IMG/VR virus record: IMGVR_UViG_3300037483_000693
Coordinates: 137-64,136 of that record
Strand: one strand, 5' to 3'
Origin: a virus
Taxonomy: Duplodnaviria > Caudoviricetes
Length of the DNA: 64,000 bases
Shown here: piece by piece, positions 1 through 7,913 of the stretch
Numbering within the stretch: position 1 is the stretch's first letter
Layout: each line of letters opens with the position of its first letter
The notes under the pieces: model-generated
What the model saw: the letters and a program-made list of their open reading frames with translations, nothing else
Database searches by the model: none
Told to the model about the DNA's origin: nothing
Translations under genes and position numbers: made by a program

Positions 1-89
1 CCGTAGCCGTCGCCGTAGCCGCCGTCGCCGTAGCCGCCGTAGCCGATCAATGCGTGCGCCTCCTCCAGCACGGCGCAGGACGTGCTCAC
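1..89 (-). CDS. Gly/Tyr/Asp-repeat protein, 5' part (runs off the left edge)
   Basis: GTG at 89 overlaps the TGA of the upstream gene; reads VSTSCAVLEEAHALIGYGGYGDGGYGDGY. Confidence 0.75.
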   Translation of the reverse strand, partial: MSTSCAVLEEAHALIGYGGYGDGGYGDGY

Positions 90-379
90 AGCCGGTCGGC
101 CCACTTCCCGGCATCCGCGTCGATGACCAGCACGGTCGCGAGCTCGTGCGCCCGGACGGTCCCGCACCGGTCCAGGACCGTCGACCCGGTGGGCCCCTCG
201 GTCACGATCTGGCCGAGGCCCCTGCTGGTGCCCCAGCGGCGGACGATCGCGGCGTCGGTCAGGACGTGCTCGTGGCCGTCTTTGGTGTGCCGGCCGACGG
301 CGATCCAGCCGCGTTGCAGGACGAGGATCTTCACGTCGGTGGGGGTGGCGGGCTGGTCGGTCATTGTCGTCTCACTCAC
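86..379 (-). CDS. Conserved phage hypothetical protein (DUF6948-like)
   Basis: Motifs LVLQRGW and IVRRWGTSRGLGQI; GAAGGAAG SD; adjacent to the GYGDG-repeat gene. Confidence 0.65.
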   Translation of the reverse strand: MSETTMTDQPATPTDVKILVLQRGWIAVGRHTKDGHEHVLTDAAIVRRWGTSRGLGQIVTEGPTGSTVLDRCGTVRAHELATVLVIDADAGKWADRL

Positions 380-439
380 TGTTGATCTTCCTTCGGTTGG
401 TGGTCCCCGGGCAGCCGGATGGCTCCCGGACGGTCAGGG

Positions 440-1228
440 TCAGGCGGGCCGGTCCCGGGAACGGGCTGCGGCGTACCGGGTCCGGAGTTCGCCGGGACCG
501 CAGCGGTGCTCGCCGTCGGGCAGATCCGGGGCGGCGGCGGGCCAGAACGCGGGCTGGGTTGCGACCGGCCGCGCAGCGGCCTGGTCGAGCGGCGGAGAAG
601 GACCCGGCCTGGAGGCTGTGGACGACGCAGGTGACGTACTCACCTCAGGTGAGGTTTTGGGTGGTGTGTTTGGGTGGTCCCTTGGTAGGCGCTCACCCAT
701 GGGTGAGCGGAGTTCGGGCCCGAATCGAGCGGAGTTCCCTCCGGAAGTGAGCGGAGTTCCCCTCTCGGCCACTTCGGAACTTCGCTCCGATCCAGCACAC
801 CCGCGAGCGGAGTTCTCTCCGTTGTCCACAGGCCGCCCTGGATTGCGAACTTCGCTCCGATCCAGCACACCCGCGAGCGGAGTTCTCTCGTCGGCTGCCA
901 GCATCGGCACCCGCTCCAGCAGGTCCGTCGGGACCGTCAGCCGGTACCTCGCCGCATCCCCGTTCGGCCCGCCACCGTGCGACAGCACCTCGACCAGCCC
1001 CATCTCCCGCAACTGCTTCAGGCGGCGGCGCAGGGTGCTCTCCCCCATCTCACAGACCGCCGCCAGCCGCGGCACGCCAGGCCTGATGTTCTGCCCGTGC
1101 TTGTCCCCGTACTGGGCCAGTGAGTAGGCGACAGCCTTCAGGTCACGGCCGATCCGGCATCGACGCACGATGCGCTCCCATTCGAAACGGTCGACGGGCT
1201 GTAGCTCGACCTCACCAGAGGACGGCAC
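440..1228 (-). CDS. HTH replication initiator / replisome organizer
   Basis: N-terminal wHTH (PGVPRLAAVCEMGESTLRRRLKQLREMGLVE) followed by a region of internal DNA repeats typical of phage O-like rep genes. Confidence 0.75.
   Translation of the reverse strand: MPSSGEVELQPVDRFEWERIVRRCRIGRDLKAVAYSLAQYGDKHGQNIRPGVPRLAAVCEMGESTLRRRLKQLREMGLVEVLSHGGGPNGDAARYRLTVPTDLLERVPMLAADERTPLAGVLDRSEVRNPGRPVDNGENSARGCAGSERSSEVAERGTPLTSGGNSARFGPELRSPMGERLPRDHPNTPPKTSPEVSTSPASSTASRPGPSPPLDQAAARPVATQPAFWPAAAPDLPDGEHRCGPGELRTRYAAARSRDRPA
690..889. repeat. Iteron cluster / putative replication origin inside rep
   Basis: GAGCGGAGTTC at 705, 727, 749 (22-bp period), 805 and 875; 43-bp perfect direct repeat at 777-819 and 847-889; 20-bp palindrome at 690-709. 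Confidence 0.8.
822..830 (+). promoter_or_regulatory. DnaA box TTGTCCACA
   Basis: Exact actinobacterial consensus TT(G/A)TCCACA between the two 43-bp repeats; a one-mismatch inverted copy lies at 617-625. Confidence 0.65.
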
Positions 1229-1283
1229 GGCGGCGGGATCCCTTCTCGGGGACGGAGATCAGGGGCGGACACTCCGGCCGCCA

Positions 1284-2447
1284 CTACGGCGGTGCGACGT
1301 CCTCCGCGACCAGCTCCCGCATCTGCTCCACGGACGGTTCGGGGACATCCCGGAGCCGCCACGCCTGCCGGACGATGGCCTCTTCGAGGACGTTGCGGGC
1401 CCACCGGCCGTTGCCGAAGTGCTCGTCCCGGACGGTCCCTGCGAGGAGGTCGAGGAGCGCCTCCTGGCAGGGCGTGTCCGCGGCGTAGTCGGCTTGCTCG
1501 GCGAGGCGCGCGAAGACCTCGATCAGCTCGACGTCGGTGTAGTCGTCGAAGCTGATCACCGTGCGGAACCGGCTGGCGAGGCCCGGGTTGGAGGCGATGA
1601 ACCGGGTCATCGGGGCGGGGTAGCCGGCGACGATGACGACCAGGTCGTCGCGGTGGTCCTCCATCAGCTTCACGAGGGCGTCGATCGCTTCGGCGCCGAA
1701 GTCGTTGCGGATCCCGGTGATCCGGGCGAGGCTGTATGCCTCGTCGACGAACAGGACCCCGCCGAGCGCCGAGGCGACGACCTTGTGGGTCTTCTCGGCT
1801 GTGTGGCCGACGTACTGGCCAACCAGCCCGCTGCGGTCGGTCTCGACCATCTGCCCCCGCGTCAGCAGACCGACAGCGCGGTAGATGCCCGCCACCAGTC
1901 GGGCGACGGTGGTCTTGCCGGTGCCGGGATTGCCGGTGAACACGAGGTGCCGGGTGATCGCCGGGACCTTCATCCCGGCCGCTTCGCGGGCTTTGGCGAG
2001 GCGGAGGGTCTGGACCTGGCGGCGGATCTCGCCCTTGACCGGGTCGAGGCCGACCATCGCGTCCAGCTCCGCGAGCAGGACCTCGAGCGTCGGGGGCTCG
2101 TCCTGGTCCTGGCTCCCGGTTGGGGTGCGTTCGGGGACGAGGGCGAGTTGCCGGGTGTCGCGGCGGGGCGGTGGCTCCTGCCGGCCGGTGCGGGGCTTGC
2201 AGGTGGCCTGGTGGGGCATGTGCCGGACTTCGTCGGCGAGGGGCTTCTCGCCCTTGTGGAGGGCGCGTCCGCGTTTGTTCCCGGCCCCGGACACCGCCCA
2301 CGTGGCCGTCTCGTCGTCGCGCTGGTGCGGGTCTGCGTCCAGGGGCATCCAGCCCCGGCGGGTGGGGTCGTCCAGGTGCCAGATCGGCACGAGGAGGATC
2401 CGGGCCTGGCAGGTGCGGCAGGTGCGGAGCTGGCGGGCGGCGCTCAC
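1284..2447 (-). CDS. CbbX/SpoVK/EccA-family AAA+ ATPase with an N-terminal Cys/His domain
   Basis: HLVFTGNPGTGKTTVAR (Walker A), GGVLFVDEAYSL (Walker B), VIVAGY, NPGLASRF, FGNGRWARN; N-terminal CRTC...HQATC. Confidence 0.9.
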   Translation of the reverse strand: MSAARQLRTCRTCQARILLVPIWHLDDPTRRGWMPLDADPHQRDDETATWAVSGAGNKRGRALHKGEKPLADEVRHMPHQATCKPRTGRQEPPPRRDTRQLALVPERTPTGSQDQDEPPTLEVLLAELDAMVGLDPVKGEIRRQVQTLRLAKAREAAGMKVPAITRHLVFTGNPGTGKTTVARLVAGIYRAVGLLTRGQMVETDRSGLVGQYVGHTAEKTHKVVASALGGVLFVDEAYSLARITGIRNDFGAEAIDALVKLMEDHRDDLVVIVAGYPAPMTRFIASNPGLASRFRTVISFDDYTDVELIEVFARLAEQADYAADTPCQEALLDLLAGTVRDEHFGNGRWARNVLEEAIVRQAWRLRDVPEPSVEQMRELVAEDVAPP

Positions 2448-2518
2448 GACGCCGCCACCAGGGGCCGCAGGCGGCGGCATCGGGCGCACGGCCCTAGCCG
2501 GTACCGGGTGGGGTTCAC
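2444..2518 (-). CDS. 24-aa CxxC peptide coupled to the AAA gene
   Basis: AAGGAGG 6 nt before GTG; its TGA overlaps the GTG of the AAA gene. Confidence 0.35.
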   Translation of the reverse strand: MNPTRYRLGPCARCRRLRPLVAAS

Positions 2519-2566
2519 CTGCAGCCTCCTTCGAGTGGTCATGTCGGGCGGGATGACGGTCTGGGG

Positions 2567-3406
2567 TCAGCCGGCTGCTGCGGTTCGGGCGGCGCGGTGG
2601 TCGGTGAGCCGGGATCGGAGGTCCCGCTTGTTCCCGGTCGCCCGTAGCCCGGCCTCCTTGCACAGGTGCCGCAGGCCTGCCATGTCGAGTAGGTCCAGAT
2701 CCTCCCCGGTCCAGGACCGCTCGGGGGGTGCGGCTGCGGGTTCGGGGACGACAGTCAACGCCGGCCGGGCCGCGGCGGGGGTCGGGTCAGGGTCGGCGGC
2801 GAGGTCGGTGCGCAGCAGGGCCAACTCCGCGTCAGCCGCGTCCCCCGCACGCTGTGCGGCGTCCTTCTTCAGCTGGCTGGTGGGGGTCAGGACCCACCTG
2901 GGGGACGGCCTGGACGCGGTCACACCGGGGACGGGGTGGGTGTGCCGCTGCCCGTCGACGTGCAGGACCAGCCACCCGCCCGGCAGGTCGGGGTCGGCCT
3001 GGACGATGCACCGGTCCCTCAGGAACTCCCCCGCGGCCGGGCCGGGTGTCACCGCCGGGGTCCCCGGGATGCCGGCGAAGCCGAGTGCCTCCATCGCCTG
3101 CTCAAGGAGCGGGGCGGGGACGGTGAGGGTGGCGGTGACGGTGTCGGGGGCGTGGTCGGCGAGCCAGGACGCGTACTCGGACGATCCGGTGATGGTGGGG
3201 GTGGCGGGCCGGTCGGCGCCGTCGAGGCGCAGGTTCCCCAGACCCTGGCTGGAGGGGAAGCGGTCGACGAGGCCGCCGGTGACGCGGAGGTGTTCGGCTT
3301 CGGCGACCGCTGCGGCCTTCATCCGCAGGGCTCGGACCGCGGCGGCTTCGGCTTCGATGGCTGCGCCGCAGGCGGTGTCTACAAGGTCCTCGATGCGGGG
3401 GGGCAT
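2567..3406 (-). CDS. Hypothetical protein with a C-terminal SAP DNA-binding motif
   Basis: LDMAGLRHLCKEAGLRATGNKRDLRSRL matches the SAP pattern. Confidence 0.65.
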   Translation of the reverse strand: MPPRIEDLVDTACGAAIEAEAAAVRALRMKAAAVAEAEHLRVTGGLVDRFPSSQGLGNLRLDGADRPATPTITGSSEYASWLADHAPDTVTATLTVPAPLLEQAMEALGFAGIPGTPAVTPGPAAGEFLRDRCIVQADPDLPGGWLVLHVDGQRHTHPVPGVTASRPSPRWVLTPTSQLKKDAAQRAGDAADAELALLRTDLAADPDPTPAAARPALTVVPEPAAAPPERSWTGEDLDLLDMAGLRHLCKEAGLRATGNKRDLRSRLTDHRAARTAAAG

Positions 3407-3420
3407 GGTGTGTGCTCCGT

Positions 3421-4677
3421 TCAGGTGGTGAGGTCGGAGGCGGCGTCGTTGGCGGACCTGCCGTCGCCGGTCGTGAGGTGGCGGCGGGTCGCGTGCATGA
3501 CGGCGCCCAGCGGGATGGGTTGGGTGCCGTCGCCGAGGCTCAGGACTTGGGCGTGCTCCGGGGACAGGACCGGGCGGCAGTCGACGTGCAGGGCCCCCGC
3601 GGCCTGCGCGTCCCGCATCAGCTCGGTCAGCTGGTCGAGCTGGTGTGCGGTGAGCGCGGTGCTGGCGAGCTGGTGCGCCGGCTGGATCGGCTCGCCGATG
3701 GTCGGGTCGGCGGCCGGTTCCGCAGGGCCCTGCACGGGATGGGCGTCGGGCAGCGTCGTCTCGGCCTCGGCAGGGTCGGAGGCGGTAGCTGTGGGGGTGA
3801 CCGTCTGCACGCGGTGCAGGAGCCACTCGCGCAGGCTGACCGGCCCGTCCTGGCCGCCGGTCACGGCGCTCACGTCCAGGTCCAGAAGCCCCCGGTTCGA
3901 TGCCTCCTGCCACGTGCCGCGGAGCTTGTCCAGGTCGTCGCAGCGGGCCGCGAGCTGGGCGATCTGCTCGGCCAGCTGCTGCGGCGACACCACGCTGGGC
4001 GCCGGGTCGGCGCCGTCCGTCACGACCTCGCCGACGACGACCTGCTCGTCGGTGCGGGCGGTGACTGACTCGGGGTCAGCCTGCGCCATCTCCTCGGCGG
4101 TGTAGATGCCCGACAGGTCCTGAGGGAACGCCTTCCGCAGCGCCAAGGCTTCGGCGCACTTGGCGAGCATCCGGTGGGGCATCTTGGCCCACATCCGCGT
4201 CGGCTCTGCGTTGTCTCCGCGGCCGCGCAGTTGCACGTACTCGTCCCAGTGCGCGGTCGCGCTGAACCCGCGGACCTGGCCGGCGACGAGCTTGTAGACG
4301 GTGACAGTGGCGGAGGTGGGGAACCGGCCCCGGCCTTCGGTCCAGGCTTCCTCGCTGCCCACGTACTTGCCGGTGCGGTCGGCGATCAGGCGGTAGCCGT
4401 CGATCCCGGTCTGGATGGTGTGCGTGACCTTCGTGGTCCAGTTGCCCTGCTCGTCGCGGACGTTGTTCTCACGGGGGATCATGTAGATCTGGCGGGCGGC
4501 CGGGTCGAGGCCGGTGCGCTGCACGGTGTTGAGGAAGACCAGCTGCTCACCGCGGGTGGCCTGGGAGAGGCCGAACGCTTCGAGCTGGGCGGTGGTGAAC
4601 TCTTGCTGGTCGTCATGGATGGCCAGGACGCCGACCGGCTTGTCCCGGCGGGCGACGTCCATGGACGGTGCGGTCAC
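3421..4677 (-). CDS. bet: Single-strand annealing protein, Red-beta/RecT family
   Basis: RTGLDPAARQIY, IQTGIDGYRLIADRTG, MWAKMPHRMLAKCAEALALRKAFPQDLSGIYTAEEM. Confidence 0.9.
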   Translation of the reverse strand: MTAPSMDVARRDKPVGVLAIHDDQQEFTTAQLEAFGLSQATRGEQLVFLNTVQRTGLDPAARQIYMIPRENNVRDEQGNWTTKVTHTIQTGIDGYRLIADRTGKYVGSEEAWTEGRGRFPTSATVTVYKLVAGQVRGFSATAHWDEYVQLRGRGDNAEPTRMWAKMPHRMLAKCAEALALRKAFPQDLSGIYTAEEMAQADPESVTARTDEQVVVGEVVTDGADPAPSVVSPQQLAEQIAQLAARCDDLDKLRGTWQEASNRGLLDLDVSAVTGGQDGPVSLREWLLHRVQTVTPTATASDPAEAETTLPDAHPVQGPAEPAADPTIGEPIQPAHQLASTALTAHQLDQLTELMRDAQAAGALHVDCRPVLSPEHAQVLSLGDGTQPIPLGAVMHATRRHLTTGDGRSANDAASDLTT

Positions 4678-4907
4678 CTGCTGCTCACCTCGGCGTGTGC
4701 TGTCAGGACGGCGCGGACCAGGGCCGCGTGCTCGGTGTCGGTGCCGTCGGGGCGGATGAACCCGTAGAGCGTCGCGACAGCGACAGCGTCGGGGCCGGGG
4801 TTGGGCAGGTGGGCGAGCTCGGTCCGGAAGTAGGCGACCGCTCGGGCGGTCCACTGGCTGGTGTCCGCGGTGGCGCGGGCCGGGCCGGTGAACGTCTCGT
4901 GGCTCAT
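4674..4907 (-). CDS. Hypothetical protein
   Basis: Overlapping start/stop codons with both neighbours. Confidence 0.5.
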   Translation of the reverse strand: MSHETFTGPARATADTSQWTARAVAYFRTELAHLPNPGPDAVAVATLYGFIRPDGTDTEHAALVRAVLTAHAEVSSR

Positions 4908-5455
4908 GACGTGGCCGCCGTGCTGGCGCCGTGCTCGGGCCCGTCCTGGTCCGGGTCGGTGGCCACCTGGATGGTGATGCGGGACCCGTCCGGGAGGGTG
5001 AGCACGCCGTCGACCCACAGGACGGACGCCCGGGTCGGGTCGGCGGCGAGGAGCAGCTCGTTGGTCGGGTCTGCTCCGGTCAGGGCCCGGATGTACGCGC
5101 GGCCCTGGTCCGGGGATACCTTCCGGTCGCCGCCGGCGGGCCACAGGTGGACCAGGATCTGGTCTTCAAGTGAGCTGATGCCGGCCGCGGTGAGGGCAAG
5201 GCGGTTGGCGGTCTGCAGGACGTGGGTGAACGCTGCGACCCGCGGCTCGGCGGCCAGCTGGAGCTGGGTGCGTAGGGCCGTGATGCTGTGCGCTGCGTGG
5301 TCGATCTGCGCGGCGACCAGCAGGCGGACCTGGGCGCCGAGTTCGGTGTCGTCGTCGGCTTCGAGGCAGAGGGCGGCGAGGAAGGCTGCGACGGCCCGGT
5401 CCGGGGCGTACCCGACCGTGAGGAGCTGTTCGTACCGGTCGGCGATGGTGGCCAT
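4904..5455 (-). CDS. Hypothetical protein
   Basis: ATG coupled to the upstream TGA; protein-like composition. Confidence 0.55.
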   Translation of the reverse strand: MATIADRYEQLLTVGYAPDRAVAAFLAALCLEADDDTELGAQVRLLVAAQIDHAAHSITALRTQLQLAAEPRVAAFTHVLQTANRLALTAAGISSLEDQILVHLWPAGGDRKVSPDQGRAYIRALTGADPTNELLLAADPTRASVLWVDGVLTLPDGSRITIQVATDPDQDGPEHGASTAATS

Positions 5456-5721
5456 CAGGAGGTCACCCCGTCCTGGTCCTCGTCGTCCTCGTCGTCCTCG
5501 TTCTCGACGGGGCACTCCTCGTTCTCGGCCTGGATGTCGAGGTCGCCGACGTAGAAGCTGCACCCGCACTGGTCGCAGGTCAGCTCGGACTGGGCGACGG
5601 ACATCTCCAGGTCGATGCGGATCGGCCCGTCCTCGGGCTGGGTCAGGTCGAGGGTCGTCGTGCCGGCGAACCCGTCGTCGCAGTGGGGGCAGTCGATGCC
5701 GTAGGTGATCATCTGGCTCAT
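5455..5721 (-). CDS. Small acidic Zn-ribbon protein
   Basis: CPHC and CDQC motifs; acidic tail. Confidence 0.6.
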   Translation of the reverse strand: MSQMITYGIDCPHCDDGFAGTTTLDLTQPEDGPIRIDLEMSVAQSELTCDQCGCSFYVGDLDIQAENEECPVENEDDEDDEDQDGVTS

Positions 5722-6113
5722 CGGGTCACCCCGGCTGCGGTGGCGACGGCGAGGATCTCGACCTCGACCTGGGATACGACCGTGGGGGGGGCGGCGAGCG
5801 CCTGCTCAAGGTCGGTGATGCCGCGGAGGATCCGGGCGACCTGCCGGTCGTGGGCGGTGTCGGCGGCGTCGACCTGGACGTAGATCCGGGCCCTGAGGTG
5901 GGCGAGCGCGTGGGCGGCCTGCGCGCTGGTCAGGGTCGGGTCGTGCAGTATCCGGGTGGTTTCGGTGTCGAGGATCCGGCGGAGTGTCACGTCGGTCGCG
6001 GCGCGGGCCTGTTCGATGGTGGCGAGGTCGCGGCGGGCGGCGCGGAGTCCGAGGTCGATGATGTGGCGTCCGCGGGGTGGGTTTGTGGCGGTAGTTGTGG
6101 TTTCCGAGTCCAT
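5718..6113 (-). CDS. Hypothetical helical protein
   Basis: In operon with coupled neighbours. Confidence 0.5.
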   Translation of the reverse strand: MDSETTTTATNPPRGRHIIDLGLRAARRDLATIEQARAATDVTLRRILDTETTRILHDPTLTSAQAAHALAHLRARIYVQVDAADTAHDRQVARILRGITDLEQALAAPPTVVSQVEVEILAVATAAGVTR

Positions 6114-6191
6114 CAGGGACACTCCCTAGGTAGCGTTCGTGCTGCGGTGGCCCGGGCTTGGTCGGCTCAGCGGGCCGTCGATGTTTCGGAG

Positions 6192-6222
6192 AGGCCTCCA
6201 CCTGCCGGTGGGGGTCTTTCTG
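6192..6222 (+). terminator. Intrinsic terminator-like hairpin, oriented antisense to the surrounding genes
   Basis: AGGCCTCCACC-TGCC-GGTGGGGGTCT followed by TTCT; the two G-U pairs form only on the + strand. Confidence 0.4.
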
Positions 6223-6290
6223 CTGTCCTGGGTTCTCCCCCCGGCGCTCACTCGGGTTCGGCCGGTTGAGCGCCAGAGGCAGACGCCAGG

Positions 6291-6851
6291 TCAGCCGAGC
6301 GACAGAGCGAAGTCGCAGACGCGCAGGCTGTACGACTCGGCGCCGTTGAAGCCCGAGGGCTGGATCTTGAAGCGGGCGGTCGTCTGCCCGTTGGTCCGCG
6401 GCACCTGGATCACGTTGATGTTCGCCAGGAACCCGTCCGGGATGCCCGCGGCGGTGGACCGCCACATGTCGACCGAGCCGGACGACTGGAAGGCCGGCAG
6501 GCCGGTGATGGTCACCTGGCGCTGGGAGCCGGGCAGCGCCTGGTAGTCGGCGTCCACGGTGACGTCGGCGCACTTGCGGACGATCGACTCCGGACCCGCC
6601 GGGCCCTGCGCTCCGGTGTCGCCCTTCTGGCCCTGGACGCCCTGGGTGCCCTGGGGTCCGGCGAGGCCCTGCAGGCCGACCGGGCCACGAGGACCGACCG
6701 GGCCGCGGGGGCCGACCGGGCCACGAGGACCGGTAGCGGCCTTGACGGCGGTGTGGCTGCTGGAGGTGACGGCGGACGCGCCGGCGATGCCGCCGCCGAG
6801 GAGGGTCAGCACGGTCGCGCCGATGATGAGCCTCTTGCTTGCGTGGATCAC
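6291..6851 (-). CDS. Secreted collagen-like protein
   Basis: Signal-peptide-like N-terminus ([22 protein letters not shown]), 16 contiguous G-X-Y triplets, C-terminal domain bracketed by two Cys. Confidence 0.75.
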   Translation of the reverse strand: MIHASKRLIIGATVLTLLGGGIAGASAVTSSSHTAVKAATGPRGPVGPRGPVGPRGPVGLQGLAGPQGTQGVQGQKGDTGAQGPAGPESIVRKCADVTVDADYQALPGSQRQVTITGLPAFQSSGSVDMWRSTAAGIPDGFLANINVIQVPRTNGQTTARFKIQPSGFNGAESYSLRVCDFALSLG

Positions 6852-7034
6852 GGAGATGGTTCCTTCCATCGGGTTCCGGCCTCCGCCGGACGGCGGGGGC
6901 CTGGCTCGCCCCGGTCGGGGCGAGGGGTTGGGGAGGGGGCGCTGCCCGAGGTCCGGCTCCCGCGTCGGGGGTCGTGGGGGCCGGGACCGCATACGGGGGG
7001 TCTGCGGTCGTGGAGACCCCGGACAGCACCCCGT

Positions 7035-7289
7035 CTAGGGGGCCCCGCCCGTCACGACGCTGCCGACGAAGAGCGCGGTGATCGGGACGTCGAGGTACTC
7101 CGCGATCCGCTCAGCGGTGGTGATCGTGATCGGCACGCGGCCGGCCAGCCAGCGGGAGACCGTCGCGCTGGAGACCTGCAGTGCAGTTGCGAGCTCCCGC
7201 TGGTCCTTCCCCTGTCTGGCGAGGTGGGCGCGGATCTCCGCGGCCACACGCTGCTGCGCGGTGGCTTCCGTGGGCGACATGGATTGCAT
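7035..7289 (-). CDS. Cro-like XRE HTH regulator
   Basis: QRELATALQVSSATVSRWLAG; divergent from the repressor and heads the leftward operon. Confidence 0.8.
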   Translation of the reverse strand: MQSMSPTEATAQQRVAAEIRAHLARQGKDQRELATALQVSSATVSRWLAGRVPITITTAERIAEYLDVPITALFVGSVVTGGAP

Positions 7290-7297
7290 AGTGAGCA

Positions 7298-7327
7298 ACC
7301 CTAGTGCCGCTCACGTACTGGCGTCAA
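7298..7327 (-). promoter_or_regulatory. Sigma-A-like promoter of the cro-like gene (leaderless transcript likely)
   Basis: TTGACG-N18-TAGGGT, 8 nt before ATG 7289; GTGAGC-N12-GCTCAC inverted repeat (7291-7314) overlaps the -10. Confidence 0.6.
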
Positions 7328-7392
7328 CCGCACTGGCCGTGCGTGTCACGCAATACACTGCCCACGTGCGGAAGTTCGTTGCACAGGGCGCC

Positions 7393-7422
7393 TTGCGGGT
7401 TTATCCACAGGCACGGCAGACT
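7393..7422 (+). promoter_or_regulatory. Putative repressor promoter with a DnaA box (7401-7409) in the spacer
   Basis: TTGCGG-N18-CAGACT, 7 nt before ATG 7430; perfect TTATCCACA between -35 and -10. Confidence 0.5.
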
Positions 7423-7429
7423 GTCCGCC

Positions 7430-7825
7430 ATGAGCGTCTTCACCACCTACGCGACGGCCGAAATCCGCGCCGAGATGGCCCGCCAGCGGATCTACAACAA
7501 GGACCTCGCAGCCAAGATCGGCGTCACCGCGCCGACCATGAGCCGGTACCTATCCGGGCGGATCCCGCTCACCCTGGACGACCTTGAGCGCATCGCGGAG
7601 GCGCTCGGCGTGAGCCTGTGGCGCTTCATTCCGGCGGCGGACCTGGCCGCGACCGGGACGGGGGGCGGCCCAACCCCTCAGGTACTGGCCAGGCCGACCA
7701 GGACGAACCGGCAGAAGGCGGGTACTCCCCGTAACGGCATGAGTGCACAAAGCCGACCAGGATGCGGACAGTCGCCGGACCAGGCCGTGACCCGGCTCGA
7801 CTCCTACCGCATCCGGGCAGCGTAG
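7430..7825 (+). CDS. Immunity repressor (XRE HTH) with a low-complexity tail ending RAA
   Basis: NKDLAAKIGVTAPTMSRYLSGRIPLTLDDLERIAEALGV; divergent from the cro-like gene; upstream of the integrase. Confidence 0.8.
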   Translation: MSVFTTYATAEIRAEMARQRIYNKDLAAKIGVTAPTMSRYLSGRIPLTLDDLERIAEALGVSLWRFIPAADLAATGTGGGPTPQVLARPTRTNRQKAGTPRNGMSAQSRPGCGQSPDQAVTRLDSYRIRAA

Positions 7826-7913
7826 GACCCACAATGCCCGGGGAATCCCCCAAACAGATGATCACCAGCTGTAACGGTCCCGTCATTCTTCGCACACGTA
7901 CACGATCTTCGCC

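Noticed and set aside
1284-2447. Type VII (ESX) secretion system
   Set aside because: Only an EccA-like ATPase domain is present, with no TPR region, EccB/C/D, WXG100 or mycosin genes.
7686-7709. Possible tRNA 3'-end relic (attP core) TGGCCAGGCCGACCAGGACGAACC in the repressor tail; also GGCTCGACTCC near 7794
   Set aside because: Only a loose resemblance to a reverse-complemented acceptor/T-arm with an incomplete T-loop. Not supportable without the host sequence.
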